Origin: Gemmatimonadota bacterium
GTDB taxonomy: Bacteria; Gemmatimonadota; Gemmatimonadetes; Gemmatimonadales; GWC2-71-9
Length of the DNA stretch: 64,000 bases
Reading direction: 5' to 3'
NCBI GenBank assembly: GCA_039586365.1
Contig: JBDHKN010000007.1
Coordinates: forward strand, 1-64,000
The notes beneath the pieces were generated by a model that saw only the letters and a list, made by a program, of their open reading frames with translations, made no database searches and was not told the DNA's origin. Positions 10,216 through 19,714 of this stretch are shown here, piece by piece; position 1 is the first letter of the stretch, and the number at the start of each line of letters is the position of its first letter. The position numbers and the translations under genes were made by a program.

Positions 10216-11487
10216 ATGCACCGACCAATCTGGTACTCGACAATCGTCCTCCTGGGAGTGTTTGCCCTCCCGCAAGCCGCGGCTGCACAGGAAGCCACAA
10301 TCCTGCGACCTGACAGGGTGTTCGATGGATCGCAGATGCACGATGGCTGGGCCGTAGTTGTCAGTGGAGATAGGATTGCTCAGGCGGGACCGGCGAGCAG
10401 TATCAGGACTCCACCTGGCGCAACGATCATAGATCTGGCTGGATTGACTTTGCTCCCTGGTATGATCGAGGGCCATTCGCATCTACTGCTCCACCCGTAC
10501 AACGAAACGCCCTGGACGAATCAGGTACTCAACGAATCCCTGGGACAGCGCATTGCACGAGGAGTTGTACACGCCCGCAACACCTTGCTGGCCGGGATCA
10601 CCACTGAGCGAGACCTCGGCACCGAGGGAGCGGGCTACGGCGACGTCGGCCTCAAAGAGGCAATTGAGTTGGGCGTCATTCCCGGCCCACGCCTCATCGT
10701 CACCACGAAAGCAATCGTTGCAACCGGCAGCTACAATCCCAAGGGTGCCCCGGAGCTCAGATTGCCTAAGGGGGCGGAGGTTGCTGATGGCCACGACGAG
10801 TTGATCCGAGTCACTCGGGATCAGATTGGCCACGGCGCCGACTGGGTCAAGATCTACGCCGATTATCGGTGGGGACCCAACGGCACCAACCGACCGTCCT
10901 TCACCGAGGAGGAACTCAGATTGGTGGTCGAAGTGGCTGAGAGCTCGGGTCGCCGAGTGGTTGCACACGCAAACTCAGCCGAAGCCATCAAGCGGGCTGT
11001 CCGGGCGGGAGTGAAGACCATCGAGCACGGAGATGAAGCCGACCGTGAGGCCTTGGAAATAATGGTTTCCCACAGCGTCGGCCTCTGTCCAACTCTGGCC
11101 GCGTCGGACGCGGTTCTGCAGTACGGTGGCTGGCGTAAGGGGATCGATTCAGAGCCGGAGCGGATTCGACGCAAGAAGGAGGTCTTCCAGATGGCACTCG
11201 AACTGGGCGTCGACTTGTGTTTTGGGGGCGACGTCGGCGTGTTCGCGCACGGCGAAAACGTAAAGGAACTCGAACTCATGGTCGAATATGGCATGCCACC
11301 ATTGGACGCAGTACGTGCGGCGACTTCGGTCAACGCGCGAATCCTGGAACTGGCAGACCAACTAGGCTCCGTGCAGGCAGGCCTGCTGGCGGACCTCATT
11401 GCCGTGCGGGGGGATCCCACACGCGACATCTCTACGTTGCGTGACGTTGTCTTTGTGATGAAGGGTGGGGTGGTCTACAAGGACTAG
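10216..11487 (+). CDS. Secreted metal-dependent amidohydrolase (prolidase-like dipeptidase subgroup)
   Basis: Signal peptide; [41 protein letters not shown]. Confidence 0.9.
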   Translation: MHRPIWYSTIVLLGVFALPQAAAAQEATILRPDRVFDGSQMHDGWAVVVSGDRIAQAGPASSIRTPPGATIIDLAGLTLLPGMIEGHSHLLLHPYNETPWTNQVLNESLGQRIARGVVHARNTLLAGITTERDLGTEGAGYGDVGLKEAIELGVIPGPRLIVTTKAIVATGSYNPKGAPELRLPKGAEVADGHDELIRVTRDQIGHGADWVKIYADYRWGPNGTNRPSFTEEELRLVVEVAESSGRRVVAHANSAEAIKRAVRAGVKTIEHGDEADREALEIMVSHSVGLCPTLAASDAVLQYGGWRKGIDSEPERIRRKKEVFQMALELGVDLCFGGDVGVFAHGENVKELELMVEYGMPPLDAVRAATSVNARILELADQLGSVQAGLLADLIAVRGDPTRDISTLRDVVFVMKGGVVYKD

Positions 11488-11578
11488 CAGAACCTACCCA
11501 GAAGGGACTCCAACAGCGCCTGTCACCATCTCTGAAGAGACGCTCTTTGCTGCCGCGTGTCAGGTAGCACCCTCGGGA

Positions 11579-11605
11579 ATCAAGGCGACCTCTAGGCGCC
11601 TTGAT
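11579..11605. terminator. Hairpin at convergent gene ends
   Basis: atcaaggcg / cgccttgat 9-bp stem; no strong U tract. Confidence 0.35.
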
Positions 11606-13355
11606 CGGGGCGGCGTCCTGCCACCTGAGTCGATAGCTTGGCCCAAGTATCACGCAACGCTACAGTCCGATTGAACACGAGCCGCTGGGGAGTCGAATCG
11701 GCCGAATCGCTGATGAAATAGCCTTGGCGCTCGAATTGGTAGCGATAGCCGACAGGATCACTTCCGACACTGGGTTCGATGCGGCTTTCGTTCAGTATGA
11801 CGACCGAGCCCGGATTCAGATGGCCCGTGAACTCACTGCCATCAGGCACGTCATCAGGATTGGGTACCGAGAAGAGCCGGTCGTACAGCCGCACTTGAGC
11901 GGCAATAGCGTGCCGCGCCGAAACCCAGTGAATGGTCCCCTTGACCTTGCGGCCGTCTGGAGCCCCACCTCCCTTGGTCTCTGGATCATACGTGCAGCGC
12001 AATTCCTCGATCTCGCCGGTTTCAGGGTCCCTGATGACATCTGTGCATGTGATGTAGTAAGCGTAGCGCAGGCGTACTTCGCGCCCCGGAGCAAGACGGA
12101 AGAACTGCTTCGGCGGATCCTCCATGAAATCGGCTCGCTCAACGTACAACTCCCTCGAGAACGGCAACTTGCGAGAGCCTTCCTTGGGCACGTCGTGGGG
12201 ATAATAGGGTGCCTCCAGCCATTCGGTTTCGCCTTCAGGATAGTTCTCGATCACAACTTTGAGTGGTCTGAGTACACAGAGCACCCGAGGCACCGCACGG
12301 TTCAAGTCGTCGCGGATGGCATACTCGAGCTTGCCGATGTCCACACGACTGTCCACCTTGGCGACACCGATCATGTCGCAGAAACTGCGGATCGCTGCAG
12401 GTGTAACGCCGCGGCGACGCAGGCCTGCTATTGTCGGCATGCGTGGGTCGTCCCATCCCTCCACATGGCCTTCCTCCACCAGCTTGATGAGCTTGCGTTT
12501 GCTCAGGACCGTGTAGTCGAGGTTGAGCCGGGCAAACTCCGTTTGTTCCGGTGGCTCATCGAAACCGACGTGCTCAAGCACCCAGTCATACAGTGCACGG
12601 TTGTCTTTGAACTCGAGCGTGCACAGCGAGTGCGTCACACCCTCGATCGCGTCCTCCAGACAGTGTGCATAGTCATACATCGGGTAGATGCACCATGTGT
12701 TGCCTCTACGGTAGTGACTTGCGTGGCGGATCCGGTACAACAGGGGGTCGCGCAGCAACATGTTCGGGGCTGCCATGTCGATCTTTGCCCGCAGGACGTG
12801 GGCACCGTTCGGGAACTCACCTGCCCTCATACGTTCCAGCAGGTCCAGATTCTCCTCAATCGAACGGTCCCGAAACGGACTATCACGCCCGGCGACTGTC
12901 ACGGTGCCCCGGTACTCCCTTATCTGCTCTTCGTTGAGGCTGTCCACATAGGCCTTACCGTCTTTGACCAGCTTGACGGCAAACTCGTAGAACTGCTCGA
13001 AGTAATCAGAGGCGTAGTACAGCCGGTCTTCCCAGTCGTAGCCTAGCCACCGAACGTCATCTTGAATCGCCTGGGCGTACTTCTCCTCTTCGGTGATCGG
13101 ATTGGTGTCATCGAACCGAAGGTTGCAGACTCCCCCTCCGTGCTCCTCAGCAATACCGAAATTCAAACAGATCGATTTGGCGTGACCGATATGAAGATAT
13201 CCATTCGGCTCGGGAGGGAATCGCGTCATTATCGGACGGTTGTACTTCCCCTTCTTCAGATCCTCAGCGACCTTCGCTCGAATGAAATCGATGGAAGCCG
13301 GCCGTGCCGAAGGTTCCAGTTGAGCTTCTCCGCCCTGTGTTATTTTCATACCCAC
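11592..13355 (-). CDS. glnS: Glutamine--tRNA ligase
   Basis: TRFPPEPNGYLHIGHAKS, LRFDDTNP, THSLCTLEF, VLSKRKL, GWDDPRMPTI, KVKGTIHWV, QFERQGYF. No C-terminal YqeY domain. Confidence 0.97.
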   Translation of the reverse strand: MGMKITQGGEAQLEPSARPASIDFIRAKVAEDLKKGKYNRPIMTRFPPEPNGYLHIGHAKSICLNFGIAEEHGGGVCNLRFDDTNPITEEEKYAQAIQDDVRWLGYDWEDRLYYASDYFEQFYEFAVKLVKDGKAYVDSLNEEQIREYRGTVTVAGRDSPFRDRSIEENLDLLERMRAGEFPNGAHVLRAKIDMAAPNMLLRDPLLYRIRHASHYRRGNTWCIYPMYDYAHCLEDAIEGVTHSLCTLEFKDNRALYDWVLEHVGFDEPPEQTEFARLNLDYTVLSKRKLIKLVEEGHVEGWDDPRMPTIAGLRRRGVTPAAIRSFCDMIGVAKVDSRVDIGKLEYAIRDDLNRAVPRVLCVLRPLKVVIENYPEGETEWLEAPYYPHDVPKEGSRKLPFSRELYVERADFMEDPPKQFFRLAPGREVRLRYAYYITCTDVIRDPETGEIEELRCTYDPETKGGGAPDGRKVKGTIHWVSARHAIAAQVRLYDRLFSVPNPDDVPDGSEFTGHLNPGSVVILNESRIEPSVGSDPVGYRYQFERQGYFISDSADSTPQRLVFNRTVALRDTWAKLSTQVAGRRPDQGA

Positions 13356-13374
13356 ACTTTCTTTCCAAGCGCCA

Positions 13375-13445
13375 TGACGCCTGTGGCACCAAGCACCTGA
13401 CCCACGACAACAATCGTCAGAGGTGCCGTGTGCTGTCAGGCGTCA
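13375..13445 (-). other. Long imperfect hairpin in the glnS 5' leader
   Basis: Nested complementary blocks tgacgcctg/caggcgtca, gcac/gtgc, gcacct/aggtgc, ctgac/gtcag. Confidence 0.5.
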
Positions 13446-13513
13446 AAGAATAGCAGGATGCAGCGTCGACGTGAAGCTCCGAACGCCGGCTGCCGGGCTC
13501 CGAGTTGGCCGCG

Positions 13514-15115
13514 TTAGTTGGCGGGCTCCTCAGAGATACCATTATTACGACTCGGTGGCGTTTGACTAGAGACTCCCAGCCGCTCCGCGTGCCCAGTCAG
13601 CCGGTCGAACAAGTTCGAGATAACCGCAAACCGCCGCCTCATTTGCCGCTTGGTGAACTTGCTCAAGGCATACCAGGAGCCCGAGAAGGTCAGACCGGCA
13701 GTTCCCACGGCTGTTGCCACTGTGGCCATTGTTGCTGCTCCAGCACCGTCAAGGACAGCTCCGGTGATGCCAAGCACGATCAGGCTCACCGTGGTGATCG
13801 GGATGAAGACGATGCCAGGAGGAACCGCTTCGTCATCGGTGATACGTATGCGAGTCCGACCACCCCGCGGACTCACCAGAATCTGGGTCTTCCGCCCCGT
13901 ACCCTTGGACGGGGAACTCCATGCCAGTGAGGTCCCTAGAGTCTCACTGAGTTCTCCAATCTCTCCGAGAGTCACACGGATCTCCTCAAGCAGCATTCCA
14001 TAATCCCGCGGCGATATCTCGGCCTCCACAAACCGCTCTAGTTCGATCTTATGCTGAACACCCATGAAACCGCTCGGACCGGGCTCCGATGGGCGGCACT
14101 CGACACGAACGTCTTCAATCGCCTCCCTAACGTGCTCCGGCGCAATACCCACCTCAGCAGCTATTTGTTGGAGCCCACCTAGCGAAAGTGCGTCGCTCTG
14201 GCTCGGCTGAGTCTTGTCGATCTCTGCCGCGCGCGCCAAGATCTGTCGCGCCTGCACATCGTCGAAACTCGTTCCTCCAGCACGGCTCCGTACTAGGGCA
14301 GCGGCGAAGTCGCTGGGGGAAGGGAAGCGTTGCTCTCGCCGCATCGCCATCGCCTTGACCAGGGCCTGCTCAAGGGAACCCGGCAAGAGATCCAGAACCT
14401 CTCGATGGTGAGGCGGGGCATCGATGAGACGGCGCAGCCTCACAGCTTCGTCGGTGGGCCACCATCCCGGTGTCTCGCCGACCAGCATCTCATATGCGAC
14501 ACACGCCAGACTGTAGACGTCGGTTGTGAGGTCGAGATCGGTCCGCCCGGCCGCCTGTTCCGGACTCATGTATCCTGGTGTACCTAGAGGAACACCCGAT
14601 CGAGTCAGGTTCGGTCCACCGGCAGTTGCCACCGCCTTGGCGATCCCGAAGTCGGTGACGACTGCATGGCTCTCAGAAAGTAGAATGTTCTCGGGCTTGA
14701 CATCACGGTGAACCACACCTCTCCGGTGTGCATAGCTGAGAGCATCAGCCACTTCTCTGACCAGCGTCACGGTAGTGTCGAGGCCGATACGGTGCCTGCG
14801 ACTGATTAGTTCCCGGAGCGATTCGCCCGCCACGAACGGCATGACGAAGTACAGTAGGTCGCCCACTTCACCGGATTCGATGAGGGTGAGAATGTGTGGG
14901 TGATTGAGCTGTGCAGCTATCTCGATCTCCCGTAGGAACCGATCGGTGCCTATGGAAGCCGCGAGCTCAGGACGTAGCACCTTCACCGCCACCTCACGGC
15001 CGTACCGCACATCATGAGCGAGATAGACAGTAGCCATACCACCACTACCGATCACACGCGCGAGCCTATACCGACCTTCTAGCGCGGTCCTCAGTGAGTC
15101 CGGTACGGCAGCCAT
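13514..15115 (-). CDS. Hanks-type Ser/Thr protein kinase with C-terminal helical domain and two TM helices
   Basis: GSGGMATVY, VAVKVL, HRDVKPEN, DFGIA, GTPGYMSPEQ, DVYS. Start reset to MAAVPD. Confidence 0.92.
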   Translation of the reverse strand: MAAVPDSLRTALEGRYRLARVIGSGGMATVYLAHDVRYGREVAVKVLRPELAASIGTDRFLREIEIAAQLNHPHILTLIESGEVGDLLYFVMPFVAGESLRELISRRHRIGLDTTVTLVREVADALSYAHRRGVVHRDVKPENILLSESHAVVTDFGIAKAVATAGGPNLTRSGVPLGTPGYMSPEQAAGRTDLDLTTDVYSLACVAYEMLVGETPGWWPTDEAVRLRRLIDAPPHHREVLDLLPGSLEQALVKAMAMRREQRFPSPSDFAAALVRSRAGGTSFDDVQARQILARAAEIDKTQPSQSDALSLGGLQQIAAEVGIAPEHVREAIEDVRVECRPSEPGPSGFMGVQHKIELERFVEAEISPRDYGMLLEEIRVTLGEIGELSETLGTSLAWSSPSKGTGRKTQILVSPRGGRTRIRITDDEAVPPGIVFIPITTVSLIVLGITGAVLDGAGAATMATVATAVGTAGLTFSGSWYALSKFTKRQMRRRFAVISNLFDRLTGHAERLGVSSQTPPSRNNGISEEPAN

Positions 15116-15388
15116 GACGTGTAAAGTACCGAGTGTCGATTGCGGATACCATGTGGCCAACCTCCAGGCGGAAGGTTGGGGGATGCGCCGGATTCCTGTA
15201 GCCGATCCCAGGCCGTAGCCTGGAGGTGCACAGCACAACCCAGATAGAGACTTGCCGCTAGGCGCACTGCAGAGCGAGAATGAATACGGTGCGGAAGCTC
15301 GGGACCACCTGGTCAGCCACGGGAACCAGCCCTCCGTTCACGCGCTTTTATACTGCAGTGCCGCTGACCCGACACGGGAGTCGTACGC

Positions 15389-16105
15389 ATGACGAAACTG
15401 TATGTTTCCAACAAAGACGAATCGGTGAAGATGTTCAGTAGCAGGCTCCTCGAACGGTTCACCCATGTGCATCACACAATACCACTCGTGATCTTCGTTC
15501 CCGTCGCCTGCTATTCACTTTTCTTGGCATACCGCGATGGTATGCGGTTTGGCAAGGGGGCACTGCTGTATCTGGGTGGGATCGCCATCTGGAGCCTTGC
15601 CGAGTACGTGGTCCATCGCTTTGGGTTCCACGTGAGCCGGGACGCAGAAGTGCAGGTCCTCGAATCGATCGGTCAGCTCGGTCCCGGTCAAGCGGCCTTA
15701 TCAGCCCTCAGCAGTTGGCAACAACTCCGCTATTTCTTGGCGCACGGAGTCCACCACACGCATCCTAACGATTCGACGCGGCTGGTCATGCCACCCATCG
15801 TCAGCATCCCGCTGGCGGTGGTCTTCTACTGGCTCCTCAGAATGTTGTTAGGGCCCGTCGACATGTTGCCACCGTTTGCCGGTCTCGTGACCGGGTACTT
15901 GATCTACGACATGATCCACTACTCGGTGCACCACGTTCGGCCCCGCACTCCGATTGGGCGGTATCTCAAGAAGCACCACTTCCGCCACCACTTCCAAGAC
16001 CCGTCCAGGAACTTTGGAGTGAGTTCACCGATCTGGGATGTCGCGCTGGGTACACTCAACCACTCGGCCTCGGAGCGGGAGCCAGAAACCGAGAGCGCTG
16101 TCTAG
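15389..16105 (+). CDS. Fatty acid hydroxylase superfamily (FA2H/Scs7-like)
   Basis: His boxes HRFGFH, HGVHH, HYSVHH, HHFRHH; RLVMPP and NFGVSSPIWD..LGT motifs. Confidence 0.9.
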   Translation: MTKLYVSNKDESVKMFSSRLLERFTHVHHTIPLVIFVPVACYSLFLAYRDGMRFGKGALLYLGGIAIWSLAEYVVHRFGFHVSRDAEVQVLESIGQLGPGQAALSALSSWQQLRYFLAHGVHHTHPNDSTRLVMPPIVSIPLAVVFYWLLRMLLGPVDMLPPFAGLVTGYLIYDMIHYSVHHVRPRTPIGRYLKKHHFRHHFQDPSRNFGVSSPIWDVALGTLNHSASEREPETESAV

Positions 16106-16123
16106 GGAAGGGTGCGGGAGCGT

Positions 16124-16678
16124 CTACAGGTAGACCCACAGGAACACCACCGGGACCAACAATCCCATCCCAGTGAGCCAAGCTCCTCGTCCAGTGATTC
16201 CCTTCTTTCCCTTCAGTACGAACAGACCCGTTATCGCGAGCAACCCCAACGCAATCGCGTATAGGTCGGCCATGTAGGTCCACAGCTTCTTGGCGTGATT
16301 GAGATGGAGGAAGTTGGCCTCGCGCAACAACGTGCGACTCTTGACTCGTTCGAGCCGCACGTCTCCCGTAGTCAAGTCAACCGATATGAGCCCGTTTGCA
16401 GTGAAGATCTCCAGGGTGCCGCTGTCGGGACGAAAACTGTCGCGATACTCGCTGCTCTCGCCTAGTCTGCTCAGGATCTCGCGGATCACCGTCGGTGACC
16501 TTGGATCACCAGCAGGCACGGGGTCTATCCGGGCATTTGCGCTCTCAATTCTGAAGTTGGGATTCCAATCTCTGACGTGGTTGACCGCGATCCCGGAAAC
16601 GACATAGACGATGGTCAACCCCGCGCACAGGTATCCCAGGTCGCGGTGAATGATGTTGTTCCATCTGCGCCACTTCAT
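16124..16678 (-). CDS. PepSY-associated TM helix protein
   Basis: IHRDLGY..GL..VY.VSGI..NH, LHLN, AITGLF; three TM helices. Confidence 0.82.
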   Translation of the reverse strand: MKWRRWNNIIHRDLGYLCAGLTIVYVVSGIAVNHVRDWNPNFRIESANARIDPVPAGDPRSPTVIREILSRLGESSEYRDSFRPDSGTLEIFTANGLISVDLTTGDVRLERVKSRTLLREANFLHLNHAKKLWTYMADLYAIALGLLAITGLFVLKGKKGITGRGAWLTGMGLLVPVVFLWVYL

Positions 16679-16695
16679 CGCGCCAACTGCCCCCG

Positions 16696-17181
16696 CTATT
16701 CCTGGTCCTCTATGAGAGCACCGATACCCTTGAGTTGGTAGATCGTCGCGGGGCCCGAGACTACTGACGGATCGAACTCTGTGCCGTGCTCCTCGGCTTG
16801 ATGGCGCGCTTGTTCCAGAGCCTCTTCCTCAGTGAGAGTGAGTTTCTCAAACACGCCCTCCACTCGGGCCTTCTGTCCTCTGGCACTCATCGGGAACACG
16901 ATCACTCCGTCGTCGACCTTGATCCGTAGCTTCTCGAAGTCCCTATCACTGGCGAGTTCGAGCCAACAACCCCGCATCTCGCAGACATTCACAACCGTGC
17001 CCTCAACCAGCAACCGCTGCCCCACGTAGGATTCAGGATCGTCCAAGATCTGGGATATTCTCGTGGTTTCCGCGAGAGTCAGTTCTTCGCCGTACTTGAC
17101 ACCACTGCTCTCAGGCGAACTGCAGCCGACTGCCATCGCGACAAGACCGCATAGTGCCGATAGACGCAGATTCACACTCAT
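16696..17181 (-). CDS. DUF4920-like lipoprotein (OB-fold, CxxxGC)
   Basis: Lipobox AVGC; VEGTV.NVCEMRGCW.EL; KVDDG.IVFP. Confidence 0.72.
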   Translation of the reverse strand: MSVNLRLSALCGLVAMAVGCSSPESSGVKYGEELTLAETTRISQILDDPESYVGQRLLVEGTVVNVCEMRGCWLELASDRDFEKLRIKVDDGVIVFPMSARGQKARVEGVFEKLTLTEEEALEQARHQAEEHGTEFDPSVVSGPATIYQLKGIGALIEDQE

Positions 17182-17281
17182 GACCGTTTCACCTTCCAGC
17201 AATCTGTGACTTGATCTGGGCCGAGCCGAGAATGTAGTCCGGCCCCAACCGAGATTCACTGAAGGGATCATGAAGGAAGGG

Positions 17282-17416
17282 TTAATCCTTCAAGATTCGC
17301 TCTGGCGGGTCATCCAAGTCGTCGAACTGTCCGCTACGGGCTGCAACTACGAACAGCACCAAGAACACGGCGCCCAAGAATACCGCGATTGGCAGGAGGA
17401 ACAGAACCGCGTTCAT
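17282..17416 (-). CDS. ccoS: cbb3 oxidase maturation protein CcoS (44 aa, not in ORF track)
   Basis: Hand translation MNAVLFLLPIAVFLGAVFLVLFVVAARSGQFDDLDDPPERILKD; GQFDDL signature; ATGA overlap with the ccoI stop. Confidence 0.9.
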   Translation of the reverse strand: MNAVLFLLPIAVFLGAVFLVLFVVAARSGQFDDLDDPPERILKD

Positions 17417-19689
17417 AAGCTAAGCTCCCGTACGTTGACCTCGACTCGCGAGGCTCCCCACATCACCATGGCGCTCGAAAGTGGCATCAGAACGGCCGCA
17501 ACAAGCGGATTCACATACCCGGCAGCCGCTGCTCCAACGGCAAGGATATTGTACCCGATCGAGCGTGCCTGGTTCAAGCGGATGGCCCTGCGGCATTCGT
17601 GTGCTGCGTGCAGAGCGACGGGAATCGGCGCCAGACTGCCGGACGAAATCACACCGTCAGCGATCAACACGCTGCTCGCAGCTCCACTTCCCATTGCCAC
17701 GCCCACGTCGGCCTCGGCAAGACCCGGCCCGTCATTGATCCCGTCTCCTGCGAATAGCACCCTATGGCCTCTCTCTCGTCTGGCCCTGATCCACAGTGCT
17801 TTGCCCACTGGATCGATCCGCGCCACAACGGTTCGGACTCCGGTCTCCTGGCCTATGCGATCGGCAATGTCCTGGTGGTCACCCGTGAGCAAGGCGACCT
17901 GAAGTCCGCCTTGGCGCAGCGCCGCAATGGTCCGAGCTGAATCGGACCTTACCACGTCACCCAACGCAATGATTCGCTCTCTGCCTGCGTCGTCCAGAAG
18001 CAATACCTGGCCCGGTCCACCCGGCCGGAGTCGCCAACTCCTACCGTCCACGACTCCCGAGATGCCCACGCCGGGTTCCTCAGTTATGTGGGACCCGCGC
18101 GGCAACGGGATGCCACGGTTCCCGGCTTCGTCCACAATCGCCGCGGCTATGGGGTGGTTGCTGTAGCGCTCCAAACCAGCAGCTACCCGGAGGGCTTCAT
18201 CTTCTGCCTCCAGCACGGTGAGTGCGCCTTGGGTTACCGTGCCTGTCTTGTCGAGGGCCACGATGTTGACGTCTACGAGGTCCAGTAGAGCATCGGCCGA
18301 ACGGAACAGCAGTCCGCGACGGGCGGACGCGCCCAACCCCGCCGCAGCCGCGAGCGGTCGGCTGAGCGCGAGAGCACAGGGACACGCCACCACTAGGACC
18401 GCCACCGCGCGTGGTACGGCAGCCCCCAACCCAGTGTGGAGCGCCCAGGCAACGAATGTGACGGCAGCCACCACCAGAGTACCCGCAGTAAACCAAGGGG
18501 CGATGCGGTCGGCAGACGTGGGTCGGCTACCTCTATCCGCTGCCATTCGAAGCTGCTCAGCCATCTGGTGCAGCACCGTGTCGCCTCCGACGGCGGACAC
18601 CCGGATAGTCATCGCACCGTCGAGGAGTACCGAACCCGCTACGATCTCCTGGTCGGGGTGGATTTCAACAGGCTCCGCCTCACCCGTGATGTGTGCCATC
18701 CTCACGCGACCGGATCCGGTCACCACCACACCGTCTGCCGCAACCTCCTCACCAGTTCCGACATCGATCAGATCACCTGGCCGCAGTTGGTCAGCTGGCA
18801 CCGTCTCGACTCCCTCGCCGGTCGACCGCCGGGCTGTGGCGGGAACCGATGCTGCCAGGGAAACTGCCGCCTCTGCCGCCCGTCTCCGACCACGCGATTC
18901 GAGCATGCGACCGGCCAGGAGCAGCGCTACCAGCATGGCCAGCGAGTCCACGTAGGCATGCTCCCTGTTGATCGTCGCGACAATGCCCTGACCGTAGAGC
19001 ACCGCGACGCCCAGTGCAATTGGGAGGTCCATGTGGAGCACGCCGTTCCTGAGGCCCGAGACAGCACCCGAGAAAAACGGCGCAGCACACCACAGAGCAA
19101 CCGGCGTTGCCAGGATCAAGGAGGTCCACTGAAACAGCACCACGAACCGCGGATCCATCGAACTCCACCATCCGAGGTAGAGTGCGGCGGACATCATCAT
19201 GATGTTTACGGCAGCGAACGCAGCAACACCGAGCCTGAGCAAGAGGTCGCGGTCTACCGTAGTCTCTTCGCCTAGCAGGCGCGGTCGATATCCCAGTGTA
19301 GCTATGCGACCAGCCAATTCCGCAAGGTCAACCTGCTCGGGATCCCACCTCAAAATGCAGCGTCCCGTAGCATAGCTGATCGTGGCTTCAGCCACTCCCG
19401 GCGTGCTCTGAAGAACGTGCTCGGTGACCCACACGCAGGAGGCGCATCGCAGACCGTCCACCATCAGCCGAGTCTCGGCTATGCCTGAAGAATCTGTCTC
19501 AGTGGGGACGGTGTTCCATCCAGCTTCGAGATACCGGGAGCGGGGTGCCAACACCTCGCGCTCCTGGTAGTAACGCTCGAGGCCAGCGCCCCGAATGAGT
19601 GCGGCAGCCATTTCGCAGCCGCCACAGCAGTATGTATCCTCCCTCCCCTCGACCGCGGTCCCGCAGTGAGGGCAGTGGCCAGTAGCCAC
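17413..19689 (-). CDS. ccoI: Cu-translocating P1B-type ATPase CcoI/FixI
   Basis: N-terminal CPHC...CCGGC, HMA CASC, TGE, CPCAL, DKTGT, HP, GDGIND; position in the cco operon. GTG start inferred. Confidence 0.92.
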   Translation of the reverse strand: MATGHCPHCGTAVEGREDTYCCGGCEMAAALIRGAGLERYYQEREVLAPRSRYLEAGWNTVPTETDSSGIAETRLMVDGLRCASCVWVTEHVLQSTPGVAEATISYATGRCILRWDPEQVDLAELAGRIATLGYRPRLLGEETTVDRDLLLRLGVAAFAAVNIMMMSAALYLGWWSSMDPRFVVLFQWTSLILATPVALWCAAPFFSGAVSGLRNGVLHMDLPIALGVAVLYGQGIVATINREHAYVDSLAMLVALLLAGRMLESRGRRRAAEAAVSLAASVPATARRSTGEGVETVPADQLRPGDLIDVGTGEEVAADGVVVTGSGRVRMAHITGEAEPVEIHPDQEIVAGSVLLDGAMTIRVSAVGGDTVLHQMAEQLRMAADRGSRPTSADRIAPWFTAGTLVVAAVTFVAWALHTGLGAAVPRAVAVLVVACPCALALSRPLAAAAGLGASARRGLLFRSADALLDLVDVNIVALDKTGTVTQGALTVLEAEDEALRVAAGLERYSNHPIAAAIVDEAGNRGIPLPRGSHITEEPGVGISGVVDGRSWRLRPGGPGQVLLLDDAGRERIIALGDVVRSDSARTIAALRQGGLQVALLTGDHQDIADRIGQETGVRTVVARIDPVGKALWIRARRERGHRVLFAGDGINDGPGLAEADVGVAMGSGAASSVLIADGVISSGSLAPIPVALHAAHECRRAIRLNQARSIGYNILAVGAAAAGYVNPLVAAVLMPLSSAMVMWGASRVEVNVRELSL

Positions 19690-19714
19690 CCGCGCGTTGG
19701 GGCGTTTTCGAGAC

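Noticed and set aside
11724..13046. 440-aa ORF antisense to glnS, and similar long shadow ORFs (3335-4177, 6232-7158, 40745-41560, 45123-45878)
   Set aside because: They lie opposite well-supported genes and show no motifs; long antisense frames are expected from GC-rich codon bias.
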